Source: a virus. Taken from it: a DNA stretch of 64,000 nucleotides. Under the pieces are notes generated by a model. The model did not search any database and had not been told where the DNA came from. It worked only from the letters and a program-made list of their open reading frames with translations. The position numbers and the translations under genes were made by a program. Shown piece by piece: positions 10,108-19,809 of the stretch (positions within the stretch are counted from its first letter, which is position 1; each line of letters starts with the position of its first letter). The stretch is from positions 1-64,000 of IMG/VR virus record IMGVR_UViG_3300038393_000909; one strand, written 5' to 3'.

Positions 10108-10992
10108 ATGATTCGAATCGAGATCGGCCAGCACGGTGGAGCACCGGCCACGATGGACATCGAGGAGCTGCTCGCGACGCGGCTCCTGGTTCAGGGCAAC
10201 TCTGGCTCGGGCAAGAGCCACCTGTTGAGACTCGTGATGGAAGGCAGCGCCAACAAGGTGCAGCAGGTCATCATCGATCCCGAGGGTGACTTCGTGAACT
10301 TCGTCCAGTTCGGTCACGCCGTGATCGACGCATCCAAACCCGATCGTCCGCTTGCCGAGCTGGCCCGCTGCGCTCGTGAGCAACGGGTGAGCTGTGTGCT
10401 AAACCTCGAACACCTGGACGTCGGTTCCCAGGTCAAGGCGGCGGGTGAGTTTCTCGAGGGCCTGTTCGATGTTGACCGGGAGCACTGGCACCCCATCCTG
10501 GTCGTGGTCGACGAGGCCCAGCTGTTCGCGCCCCAGGTGAGCGCCGGCCTCGGAGAGGGGGAACAGCGGGCGCTGCAGGCTATGACCAACCTGATGTGCC
10601 GTGGACGTAAGCGGGGTATGGCCGGCGTAATAGCCACGCAGCGCCTCGCCAAGCTGCACAAGAACGTCGCCGCAGAGGCGACCAACTTCCTGATGGGCCG
10701 GACCTACCTCGACATCGACATGCGCCGAGCCGCCGACCTGCTGGGCATCAGCCGGCGTGACGCCGAGATGTTCCGCTCCCTCAACACCGGAGAGTTCTAC
10801 GCGCTCGGCCCCGCCCTCACCCGATCGCCCACCAAGGTCCGGGTCGGTGCCACCCAGACGCGCAGCCGTGCGCAGAACGCCAAGCTGAATTCCGGCTGGT
10901 CGCCCAAGCCCCTCGTCGTAGAGGCCAAGACCCATGCCGGTATCCTGGGGCGGCTGGTTCGCCCCCGTGCACTCGAGGACCTGAGGAGCTGA
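10108..10992 (+). CDS. HerA/FtsK-superfamily (DUF87-like) P-loop ATPase
   Basis: Walker A GNSGSGKS, IIDPEGDF, Walker B VVVDEAQ, RGRKRG, ATQR. Confidence 0.85.
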   Translation: MIRIEIGQHGGAPATMDIEELLATRLLVQGNSGSGKSHLLRLVMEGSANKVQQVIIDPEGDFVNFVQFGHAVIDASKPDRPLAELARCAREQRVSCVLNLEHLDVGSQVKAAGEFLEGLFDVDREHWHPILVVVDEAQLFAPQVSAGLGEGEQRALQAMTNLMCRGRKRGMAGVIATQRLAKLHKNVAAEATNFLMGRTYLDIDMRRAADLLGISRRDAEMFRSLNTGEFYALGPALTRSPTKVRVGATQTRSRAQNAKLNSGWSPKPLVVEAKTHAGILGRLVRPRALEDLRS

Positions 10993-10996
10993 TGTC

Positions 10997-11227
10997 ATGC
11001 GCTTACTCTCCACCTTGATCCTGCTCGCCGTCTCTGGGCCCGCTCTCGCCCAGGGCGCCATGCCGATCCGCAAGGAGAAGGGGCAGACCTGTCCCACCGG
11101 CTACTACGCCAGCGGGGACTTCTGTGCGCCCTTCAAGGACGCCAAGCCAGCGGTCGCTCGGCGTAAAGGCGAGAGCTGCCCGACCGGAACGTACGCGTCG
11201 AGCGGCGGCTGCGTATCGTTTCGCTGA
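10997..11227 (+). CDS. small secreted Cys-repeat protein
   Basis: Signal peptide plus two CPTGxYAS repeats. Confidence 0.7.
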   Translation: MRLLSTLILLAVSGPALAQGAMPIRKEKGQTCPTGYYASGDFCAPFKDAKPAVARRKGESCPTGTYASSGGCVSFR

Positions 11228-11248
11228 TCGACTCACCGGTTCGGCGCC

Positions 11249-11620
11249 CTACTGGACGGACGACGGGGCGCCGGCCATGGTCTTGAGGATGTCGTCGACC
11301 AGGGAGTCGTCATCCTCACCTGCGAGATGATCGCGCATGCTGGCGGCGGTCATCTTGAACGCCTCGGCGAAGATCTCGAACACGATCTGATCCGCCTCGC
11401 GAAAGCCTTCCTGGAACACGGTCGCGAGCGCCAGGAGAACATCGCCGTTTGATGCAGGGCGGTGGCGCTCGATGACGTCCATCAGCTCATTGCACATGCT
11501 CGAGACCTTGGCGGTGTCGCAGGTCTCGGCGATCTCGGTGACGACGAAGCCGGCGCGCTCCACGATCTCGAGGGCGAGCGACATGGTCTCAGGGTTCGGT
11601 GCGTCGGCTGGGCCCATCAT
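11249..11620 (-). CDS. hypothetical acidic protein
   Basis: ORF track. Confidence 0.5.
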   Translation of the reverse strand: MMGPADAPNPETMSLALEIVERAGFVVTEIAETCDTAKVSSMCNELMDVIERHRPASNGDVLLALATVFQEGFREADQIVFEIFAEAFKMTAASMRDHLAGEDDDSLVDDILKTMAGAPSSVQ

Positions 11621-11745
11621 ATCCACGGTCTCCTGATGGGCTTCGGCCCGTTGCACGTTTGCATTAATTGGAGTAGCATTCGAATTGCGCGCCGTCAAGA
11701 GCGGACAGCTCCGGCCGCCAATGACCAACAGCCTAACTCAAGGAG

Positions 11746-12312
11746 GTGTTCATGGTTTCGAAACCATGGTTCCGTCTGTACCACGACCTCGCCGACGACC
11801 CGAAGGTGATGCGTCTGAAGCCCGCTGCGTTCCGGTCGTGGATCGTCCTGCTCTGCCTCGCTTGCCGGAACGATGGCCGCCTTCCGCCCGTGGAGGACAT
11901 CGCCTTCACCCTGCGCACGGACGAGGATGCGGTGGAGAGGATCATCGCAGAGCTGATGCTCGCCGGCCTCATCGACGAGATCGACGGCATCCTTCGCCCG
12001 CACAACTGGGACGGTCGCCAGTACCAATCCGACGTCGACAAGACGGCAGCGGAGCGGAAGCGCCGCCAGCGTCAGCGTGACCGTGAAGCGGCTGACACGC
12101 GTGATACCGACCGTGACACCAACCGTGATGTGGAGCGTGACATGAACTTGGATGACACGCGTACAGAGCAGACCAGAGCAGACACAGATCCAGAGGCAGA
12201 AAGAATCACCAGCCAGGGGAGAGCTGAAGGTTTAAGGGTTAGCTCTACACGCGAGGGTCCGGCCAAGCTCCAGGCCTGGGAGATGCGCGCTCCGTTCAAG
12301 GGAGCCGCGTGA
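11746..12312 (+). CDS. phage replication initiator/replisome-organizer-like protein
   Basis: PWFRLYHDLADDPKV N-terminus, wHTH, HNWDGRQY..AERKRRQR; lies upstream of the helicase. Confidence 0.75.
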   Translation: MFMVSKPWFRLYHDLADDPKVMRLKPAAFRSWIVLLCLACRNDGRLPPVEDIAFTLRTDEDAVERIIAELMLAGLIDEIDGILRPHNWDGRQYQSDVDKTAAERKRRQRQRDREAADTRDTDRDTNRDVERDMNLDDTRTEQTRADTDPEAERITSQGRAEGLRVSSTREGPAKLQAWEMRAPFKGAA

Positions 12313-13796
12313 TGGCGCTGCGTTATAAGCTCCACGATCATCAGGGTCAGGCGCTGAGCGAACTCAGATCCTCACTCCTGGCTGGTTTCCGTCGGCCGAT
12401 GCTCTGCGCTCCGACCGGGAGTGGCAAGACGATCCTGGCCGCGTCGCTGATCGACGGCGCCCTGTCGAAGGGCAAGCGCGTGATCTTCACCGTCCCGAAC
12501 CTCTCGCTGATCGACCAGACGGTGGAGCGGTTCGTCGACCAGGGGATCACCGACGTCGGTGTGATCCAGGCCCAGCATCCGCTCACCGACCTCTCGCAGC
12601 CGGTGCAGATCGCCTCGGTGCAGACGCTCATGCGCCGCAAGATTCCGCCGGCCGACCTCGTGATCGTGGACGAGGCGCACAAGTGGTTCGATTTCTACGA
12701 GCGCTGGATGAACATGGCGGACTGGCGCAACGTCCCGTTCATCGGGCTGTCGGCAACGCCCGGCACCAAGGGGTTGGGCAAGCACTACAACAACCTGATC
12801 CACGTCTCCTCGACGGCCGAACTGATCGAGAAGGGGCTCCTGTCCCCGTTCAAGGTCTATGCGCCGTCGAGCCCCGACCTGTCGAAGGTGAAGATCGTGG
12901 CGGGCGACTACGACGAGGGTGAATTGTCGGAGGCGATGCAGCCGCTGGTCGCCGACGTGGTCGAGACCTGGATGAAGCTCGGCCGGGGGCGTCCAACTCT
13001 GTGCTTTGCGGTGGACCGGAACCATGCGAAGAAGCTGCAGGTCCAATTCGAATCGCATGGCGTGCGTGCCGGATACGTCGATGCCTTCACCGGGCCCGAC
13101 GAGCGCAAGCGCTTGATGCAGGACTTCCGCTCCGGTGCGGTCGAGGTGATCTGCAACGTCGGTGTGCTCACGACGGGCGTTGACGAGGATGTGCGGTGCC
13201 TGATCCTGGCTCGACCAACCCGTAGCAAGATGCTGTTCGTGCAGATCATCGGTCGTGCCCTGCGCACGGCCAAGGGCAAGGACTATGGTCTGATCCTCGA
13301 TCACTCGGACACCCATCTGCGACTCGGGTTTGTGACCGACATCCACTTCAACGAACTGAACGACGGCACCAAGCCATCGCAGGACACGGTGGCGGGTGAG
13401 GAGCCGAAGCCGAAGAAGTGCCAGCAGTGCGGGTTCGTGCGCCCGCCCAAGACGAAGACCTGCCCGGCCTGCGGGTTCGAAGCCAAGCCCAAAGGCAGCG
13501 AGATCGAGTGCGAGGACGGGGAGCTGATCGAGATCACCCCGAAGAAGAGCGCCCTCCCCTCTCGCGAGGAGCAGCAGCGGTGGCTGTCGATGCTGATGCA
13601 CATCGCGCAGGAGAAGGGTAAGCCACCGGGCTGGGCGACGGGGCGCTACTTTGACAAGTGGAAAGTGTGGCCCAACGGCTTGGATAAGAGTAAGACGATG
13701 GAGCCCACCGCAGACGTGAAGGGTTTCGTCCAGCACATGAACATCAAGAACTTTCACCGCAGGAAGAAGGAGGGCAACCGTGCCGCGAGTGCATAA
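12309..13796 (+). CDS. SF2 DEAH-box helicase with C-terminal Zn finger (RadD/YejH-like)
   Basis: APTGSGKT, DEAH, SATP, QIIGRALR, CxxC..CxxC. Confidence 0.92.
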   Translation: MMALRYKLHDHQGQALSELRSSLLAGFRRPMLCAPTGSGKTILAASLIDGALSKGKRVIFTVPNLSLIDQTVERFVDQGITDVGVIQAQHPLTDLSQPVQIASVQTLMRRKIPPADLVIVDEAHKWFDFYERWMNMADWRNVPFIGLSATPGTKGLGKHYNNLIHVSSTAELIEKGLLSPFKVYAPSSPDLSKVKIVAGDYDEGELSEAMQPLVADVVETWMKLGRGRPTLCFAVDRNHAKKLQVQFESHGVRAGYVDAFTGPDERKRLMQDFRSGAVEVICNVGVLTTGVDEDVRCLILARPTRSKMLFVQIIGRALRTAKGKDYGLILDHSDTHLRLGFVTDIHFNELNDGTKPSQDTVAGEEPKPKKCQQCGFVRPPKTKTCPACGFEAKPKGSEIECEDGELIEITPKKSALPSREEQQRWLSMLMHIAQEKGKPPGWATGRYFDKWKVWPNGLDKSKTMEPTADVKGFVQHMNIKNFHRRKKEGNRAASA

Positions 13797-14406
13797 GGAT
13801 CTTACCGGCTCTGCGATAGGAGTTCTTCGGGTGATCGAGAGGCTTCCGAGCAATGACAGACGGCATGTCATTTACAAGGTGATGTGCAATAATTGTAACC
13901 GATCTAAGAACATGATCGCTGACAATATCAGAAGGTCTGCAAAGTCTTGCCAGAATGGATGCTGGTGTAAATCATCCAGTTACAAGAATGGAGCAACATT
14001 GCATCCATGCAACAAGGTCTGGGAAGGAATGATGCGTCGCTGTTATAGCGATAAGCACGAAGCGTATCATCGATATGGCGGTCGTGGTATAAGCGTATGC
14101 GAGACGTGGAGATCGGACCCGTTCAAGTTCTTTGCTTGGCTTGAGAAACATGGTTGGCATGAAGGTCTGCAGGTTGACCGTATAGATAATGACGGAGATT
14201 ACAGTCCAGGAAATTGCAGACTGGTAACTTCCATTGTAAATAACAATAATAAGTCTACTAACGTTAGGGTGAGCGTAAACGGCATAGAGATGACTGTTTC
14301 TGAAATATCAAGAGCGTACGGCATTTTGCCATCGACCATTAAGTATCGCATCGATCGTGGCTACAATCCAATTGTGAGACTCAGAGCGGAGCGTAGAAGT
14401 GTCTAA
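13780..14406 (+). CDS. HNH-type homing endonuclease
   Basis: YGGRGISVC..W, VDRIDNDGDYSPGNCR; AT-richer than flanks; overlaps both neighbours. Confidence 0.85.
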   Translation: MPRVHKDLTGSAIGVLRVIERLPSNDRRHVIYKVMCNNCNRSKNMIADNIRRSAKSCQNGCWCKSSSYKNGATLHPCNKVWEGMMRRCYSDKHEAYHRYGGRGISVCETWRSDPFKFFAWLEKHGWHEGLQVDRIDNDGDYSPGNCRLVTSIVNNNNKSTNVRVSVNGIEMTVSEISRAYGILPSTIKYRIDRGYNPIVRLRAERRSV

Positions 14407-15448
14407 GGCAGCTGATCTTGCTCGAGGAAGATGGAAGGATATCCTCCTTACTGCCGGCGTTCATTCTAGCCAACTCACGGGAAAGCACGGCCCATGCATC
14501 ATCTGCGGCGGCAAAGATAGAGCGAGGTTCGACAACATCGAAGGTCGTGGCACTTTCTTCTGTTCGAATTGTGGTAGTTTCGATGGCTTCCAGGCGATCA
14601 TGAAGCTCAAGGGGATCAGCTTCAAGGAGGCCGCCCGCATGGTGGAGGATAACCTTGGGGACGCCGAGTTCGAATCCCCGAAGGCGAAGATCAGCGAGGG
14701 GCTCCGGCGGAGCAAGCTCAACAACCTCTGGGGCCGGAGCTACCCGATCGAGCGTGGTGACCCCGTCGGGCGCTATCTCACGACCCGTCTCAACGGGCTC
14801 GAGGTGTTCCCGGACTCGCTGCACACGGTGGACGAGCTAGAGTACTGGGACGGCTCGACCTGCGTCGGGACTTGGCCAGCCATGGTGGCGATGGTGATGG
14901 CTCCTGCGCCCTCCAAGGCACAGCTCAAGGCACTCAGGTCGGACGGCTCCAACTGGGAACACACGCCGGTCACGATCCACCGGACCTGGGTGACCAAGGA
15001 CGGGCAGAAGGCACCGCTCGACGATCCCCGGCGGCTGATGCCGGGCGACACGCCGGTCGGCTCCTACATCCCGCTCTCGCCATCGGAGAGTGTGATGGGC
15101 ATCGCCGAGGGTATCGAGACCGCGCTCGCTGCGACCAAGCTGTTCGGCATCACATGCTGGGCAGCGATCAACGCGCGCAACCTCATGCACTGGAACCCAC
15201 CACCACGCACCGAGCACGTCGTGGTGTTCGGGGATGCAGATCGTAGCTACACCGGACAGGCGGCGGCCTACGAGCTGGCCCGGCGCCTGTCGCTGCAGGA
15301 GAAGATCGAGACCCAGGTGCGGATTCCGCCGACGCTGGGCACGGACTGGAACGACGTGCTGCTGAGCACCGGGGACAAGCTCGTGTCGATCGAACGTGAG
15401 AAATCTGCGGCGGCTCGCTTGCATAAATTGGAACAGGGCTGTAGATAA
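14399..15448 (+). CDS. DNA primase (Zn ribbon + TOPRIM)
   Basis: HGPCIICGGKDRARFDN..C..CG, AEGIETAL, FGDAD, DWND. Confidence 0.88.
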   Translation: MSKAADLARGRWKDILLTAGVHSSQLTGKHGPCIICGGKDRARFDNIEGRGTFFCSNCGSFDGFQAIMKLKGISFKEAARMVEDNLGDAEFESPKAKISEGLRRSKLNNLWGRSYPIERGDPVGRYLTTRLNGLEVFPDSLHTVDELEYWDGSTCVGTWPAMVAMVMAPAPSKAQLKALRSDGSNWEHTPVTIHRTWVTKDGQKAPLDDPRRLMPGDTPVGSYIPLSPSESVMGIAEGIETALAATKLFGITCWAAINARNLMHWNPPPRTEHVVVFGDADRSYTGQAAAYELARRLSLQEKIETQVRIPPTLGTDWNDVLLSTGDKLVSIEREKSAAARLHKLEQGCR

Positions 15449-15511
15449 TTCGAATGGACGGCGCGGGTACGGCCCTGGCGCGCCTCATCCTATCGTCTCA
15501 GGAGGTATGAC

Positions 15512-16012
15512 ATGGCCAACAGCATCAATAAGGCGTTCGTTCTTGGGAATCTTGTGCGGGACCCCGAGGTCCGGCGCAGCCAGAGCGGTGAATCCATCGT
15601 CAGCCTTACCGTGGCGACGAACGAAAGCTGGAAGGACAAGGCGTCTGGCGAGTGGAAGGAGAAGTCTGAGTTCCATCGTGTCGTGATCTTCAACGAAAAC
15701 CTCGCGAAGCTTGCCGAGGATCGTCTTCGCAAGGGATCGAAGATCGCACTGGAAGGGCAGCTCCAGACTCGTAAGTGGACTGACAACGCTGGTGTGGAGA
15801 AGTACTCCACCGAGATCGTGCTGCAGCGATTTCGCGGCGAGCTGGTTATTCTCGACGGCGCCGGCAATGGCGAGCGAGCGGAGAGCGGCAGCAACGCTGG
15901 CTTCAGCGGCCGTCGTCCGAGCCCGGCAGGCGGTGGACGCCCGAGCGGCAACCGCAACCAGGACGCGTTCGACTTGGACGACTCCATCCCCTTCGAAATG
16001 CCGTGGAAGTAA
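15512..16012 (+). CDS. ssb: single-stranded DNA-binding protein
   Basis: NKAFVLGNLVRDPE, EGQLQTRKW, C-terminal DDSIPF. Confidence 0.95.
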   Translation: MANSINKAFVLGNLVRDPEVRRSQSGESIVSLTVATNESWKDKASGEWKEKSEFHRVVIFNENLAKLAEDRLRKGSKIALEGQLQTRKWTDNAGVEKYSTEIVLQRFRGELVILDGAGNGERAESGSNAGFSGRRPSPAGGGRPSGNRNQDAFDLDDSIPFEMPWK

Positions 16013-16171
16013 CGGCTGAGGATTAAGATTCCGGCCTGGAGAACACCTCGCTCAGGGGTGGGGCCGGATCGGGCCGACACGCAGGATCCACGCGGACGCT
16101 TTGGGGTGTGTGCAATCCTGTCCGTGCTGCGTGTCGGCCCGTTCGAATTCATGCAAGCCAGTAGATGGGCG

Positions 16172-16735
16172 ATGTCAGAGGCTGACCAGCAGTTACGGTG
16201 GCTGGCTCGAGGAGCCGAGCGGGCGCAGGCGATCCACGGTGACCGGGCCCGGCACACGCATGCCGTCTGGGAAGCCATACGCGAGGGCCTGGAGCTGGTC
16301 GAGCAGACCGAGGACCAGGAGAAGCGCTGGCTTTCGTCGGGCTCCCGGTGCTCCCTGGCCGCGCTCCAGGGAATGAACACGCAGGAGGCCCTCGAGCTGG
16401 AGATCGAGCAGCTGATGGCCGCCATGGGCACGCAGCCCACGCGCGTCGACCGCAGGCCGGCGACCGGTGACCACGCCTACATGATGGACGTGCTCGACTG
16501 GCTGCGTTTCTGCGTCTCGAAGAACGACCCCGACAATCGCCTGGGCAAAGCCGCAGCTGCGATGATGAAGGGCGCAGGTCCCGAGACGGTATCCAAGATC
16601 ATAGGGCGCAAGGTTAGCCGGCAGACGGCGGCCGACATGCGCGACGTTCGAATCCCGCGGGCGATCCTGAAGGGGTTGCGCGAGAGCTACGGCATCGTGC
16701 CGGGCGACGGGGTCACATTCGTAGAGCTGACCTAG
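16172..16735 (+). CDS. hypothetical protein, possible regulator
   Basis: LDWLRF motif shared with 9555-10097. Confidence 0.55.
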   Translation: MSEADQQLRWLARGAERAQAIHGDRARHTHAVWEAIREGLELVEQTEDQEKRWLSSGSRCSLAALQGMNTQEALELEIEQLMAAMGTQPTRVDRRPATGDHAYMMDVLDWLRFCVSKNDPDNRLGKAAAAMMKGAGPETVSKIIGRKVSRQTAADMRDVRIPRAILKGLRESYGIVPGDGVTFVELT

Positions 16736-16745
16736 GAGGATATCA

Positions 16746-16924
16746 TGTTCGACATCAAAGCGATTCAGAAGGACGCCGAGGAGGAGCTGTACGCCGAGCG
16801 TGCCGAGCGTGCCAAGTCTCGCATCAAGGCGAAGCTCATCGAGATCGAGCGGGCGAAGAAGATCGTCGCCAACCTCGAGGCCGAGTACGCCCTGCTGCTC
16901 AAGGACCTTGGCAGCGATGGCTGA
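16746..16924 (+). CDS. small coiled-coil protein
   Basis: AGGAGG RBS; MFDIKAIQKDAEEELYAERAERAKSRIK... (below the ORF-track cutoff). Confidence 0.6.
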
Positions 16925-17498
16925 CCTCTACGGCTCGCCACGCCACGAAGGCTTCCTCTCGCAGCCGGTGCGGGTCTACTTCGCCGGCTTCGAGAGCGAC
17001 ACCTGGAAGCTCCAGGAGGCGGGTTGGTCCCTCTCGGCCGAGCAGGACATCATGAGCATGTCCATGCGGCTGGCGATGCGCCACGAGGGCCTGCAGCTCT
17101 ACGGAATCTCGGACCACCAGCGATGGGACTACTGGGATCGGATGGGCAACCGGATGCCGCCGCTGTTCGTGCGGCACATGGCGGCCCGCATGTACGTCCA
17201 GATGGTTGAGTCGTCGCCGTTCAGCTTCGAGCCGATCGACGCACGGCCGATGTACGCACCGAGTAAGACCTCGCGCATCGAGGATCTCATCCACTTCGCA
17301 CCAGCCATGGTTCGAACCAAGGAGATCATCCTGCCTGAGGCGACCGTGCCACAGCTCATGGAGCAGATCCTGAAGATGCAGGAGCCCGGCCGTCAGGAGC
17401 GTCTCAAGGCACAGCTCGCCGAGGAGCGGGAGGGCATCCGGCTCGACGCTATCCCCCGCCAGAAGTTCCACGCCCAGATCCTGAGCATCGCCGCATGA
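16917..17498 (+). CDS. hypothetical protein
   Basis: ORF track. Confidence 0.6.
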   Translation: MADLYGSPRHEGFLSQPVRVYFAGFESDTWKLQEAGWSLSAEQDIMSMSMRLAMRHEGLQLYGISDHQRWDYWDRMGNRMPPLFVRHMAARMYVQMVESSPFSFEPIDARPMYAPSKTSRIEDLIHFAPAMVRTKEIILPEATVPQLMEQILKMQEPGRQERLKAQLAEEREGIRLDAIPRQKFHAQILSIAA

Positions 17499-17867
17499 AT
17501 GTCGAACCCCAGGTCTGGCACGTCTTCGTGTTCATCACCCTCGCCATCGCCTGCTGGGGAGAGTGGATGGTGCGGTACCTGAATCCCTATGGCGGGATCG
17601 GTGCGAAGGCCGACGCCTACGTGTGCGGCGCCATCTGCGTAGTCCTCATCCTGCTTTTGTGGGGTGTCTACTTCTCGACAATGGGAGCGGCGCGATGATC
17701 GCCGGGATCGTAGTCGGCATGGGGATCCTGTTAGCCATAGGCATTGGTGTCGGTCTCGGCTTCATCATCGATGCGGCGTCTCGCCGGTCGCCACTGCTCG
17801 GCCTTGCCGTGTACTGCGTCGCCTTCTGCCTGTTCTGCGGGTGGATAGGCGCAGGTCTTGGGTACTG

Positions 17868-18560
17868 ATGCGCGAGATCGTCCTCGACACCGAGACCACC
17901 GGCACCGATCAGAAGAACGATCGCATCGTAGAGATCGGGGCGGTCGAGCTGCGGGACGGCGTCAAGACAGGACAGACGTATCACAGTTTCGTGAACCCCT
18001 CACCGCGTCAGGTCCATCCTGGAGCGCTGCGGGTTCACGGTCTCAGCAATACATTCCTGGCTGGTCACCCCCGGTTCAGCCAGATCGTGGATGAATTCCT
18101 CGCCTTCATCGGAGAGGATCAGCTCGTCATTCACAACGCCCCGTTCGATATCGGCTTCCTCAACGCGGAGCTGGCGCGGCTCGGACGCGGACCTCTAAAC
18201 AATCCCGTGCACGATACACTTGCGCACGCGCGCAAGGTGAAGCCGGGCGGCAGACACAACTTGGATACGTTGTGTCGCCATTTTGCCATAGACGTATCGC
18301 ACAGAGTACTGCACGGTGCACTGCTCGATGCCGAGATCCTGGTCGACGTATACATCGCCCTGCAAGGCGGTCGTCAACGTGCACTGGAACTGTCTTTGAG
18401 CGGCAGCGTTACGATCGAGAGGCAACATTCCGCCGTGGGCGTACAGCGAAGGCCTAACAGACCCTTGACGGATAATGAATTCAAAGCGCATGAAGCGTTC
18501 GTGAGCGCCGCGATCGGCCCGCACGCTATCTGGCACAGCTACGCCACCACTGCAGCCTGA
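17868..18560 (+). CDS. dnaQ: DNA polymerase III epsilon-like 3'-5' exonuclease
   Basis: REIVLDTETTG, HNAPFDIGFLN, HGALLDA. Confidence 0.92.
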   Translation: MREIVLDTETTGTDQKNDRIVEIGAVELRDGVKTGQTYHSFVNPSPRQVHPGALRVHGLSNTFLAGHPRFSQIVDEFLAFIGEDQLVIHNAPFDIGFLNAELARLGRGPLNNPVHDTLAHARKVKPGGRHNLDTLCRHFAIDVSHRVLHGALLDAEILVDVYIALQGGRQRALELSLSGSVTIERQHSAVGVQRRPNRPLTDNEFKAHEAFVSAAIGPHAIWHSYATTAA

Positions 18561-18849
18561 GGGTTGTTTCCAGCCATGGTTCGGTTTGAACTCAGGTACC
18601 GGGATTCGATTATCCGGTACGAGCATAACCTGTTCGTCGCCGAGTCCATCAGGCCGGACAAGTACACCCTCGAGCTGGCCTCGAGCCGGATCGATCCGGT
18701 GCAGGACGCTATCGACACGATCAACGCCGCCGCCATGGGCCTTGTCCCAATGCCGGAGTGGCTCGCCTGCTGGGTGAAAAGGCCCCGGCACTGCCGCATC
18801 GTGTTCGAGCGCGGAAGCTACACGATCCTGTCGGCCGGTCTGGTCGGCG

Positions 18850-19230
18850 TTACAATTCCGTCACTGGCACAAGCGTGACTCGAATCCCGAGCGGCGCCTC
18901 ACCCCAGAGGCAGCCGCCCGCTTTGTTACTCTTGTCGTTCTCGATCACGCCCGTGCGCTGGCACAGGTCGAGGATCGCCTTCATCGTGTAATTGTCGAGA
19001 TCCTTCTGTCCCCGGCCGTTGGGGGACATGCGCGAGATGACCATGAACGGGCCTGTGATCTTCATCCAGCCCTTGCCTCGCGCCTGAGACCTGACCAGCA
19101 GCGTCGCGGCCTCGATCCACTTCTCATACTCGGTGCGCTTCACCAAGGCTGGCTTGCCCCGGATGATCGCCGGCCTCCAGATCTTGTTGAGGCTCGGCGG
19201 GAGCGGCAGGTCGAGGGTGATCGGTTGCAT
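18850..19230 (-). CDS. rusA: RusA-like Holliday junction resolvase
   Basis: LPLPPSLNKIWR, DLDNY, GVIENDK. Confidence 0.8.
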   Translation of the reverse strand: MQPITLDLPLPPSLNKIWRPAIIRGKPALVKRTEYEKWIEAATLLVRSQARGKGWMKITGPFMVISRMSPNGRGQKDLDNYTMKAILDLCQRTGVIENDKSNKAGGCLWGEAPLGIRVTLVPVTEL

Positions 19231-19661
19231 CTCTATACAGTTTCCACCCAGGGTAGATCACCCTGGGCCCATGGTGATTACTGTTATCGTCCCCGGATCC
19301 GAATCACTCGTCCGCAAGGGCCTCGACGACGGGGCCCCACAGCGCTTCGAAGGTTTGCATTACTTCCTCGATCACGAAACCGTTGCGTCCCGCGAGCAAG
19401 AATGCCGCACCCATCAGATTGCAAATGGACATCTTGACGAGGGCCTTGTCGCCCTTGGTGCTGGCCTGAATTTCGTCAGCAATCAGAGACACTTGGCTCT
19501 TGATGTTGATACCGAACTGCTCGTTCATAAGCCCTTGCGCCCCTCAGAACCGCGCAACCGGCTGCGCGATTTTCGTTGTACGAAATTGCTAATTCCTACT
19601 TGCATCGCGTCTGCTCACCCCATATGAGTGAATAACCCCAGGCTGAAAATTTTAGCAGGGG

Positions 19662-19687
19662 AATTGGAACTCGTAATTGGAACTCGT
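19662..19687 (+). repeat. 13-bp tandem repeat AATTGGAACTCGT x2 in the divergent control region
   Basis: Exact tandem copies containing the AATTGGAAC half of the genome-wide motif; upstream of the repressor. Confidence 0.7.
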
Positions 19688-19809
19688 AGGGGATAGATGC
19701 GTAGACGCAGGTGCGAAGCGGGCTGCCGTTCCGCATACGTTTCAGCGCGCCGGAAGTCAATCATTAATGCGCATGAGATACAGGGGATCGACCCCGCGTG
19801 GAGCTTGAT

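Noticed and set aside
12372-13871. 499-aa antisense ORF (similar cases at 58291-59682, 32017-32919, 22373-23482)
   Set aside because: Shadow ORFs opposite well-supported high-GC genes, with no motifs or RBS.
19662-19687. Alphaproteobacterial LexA box (GAAC-N7-GAAC)
   Set aside because: The spacing here is N9, not N7.
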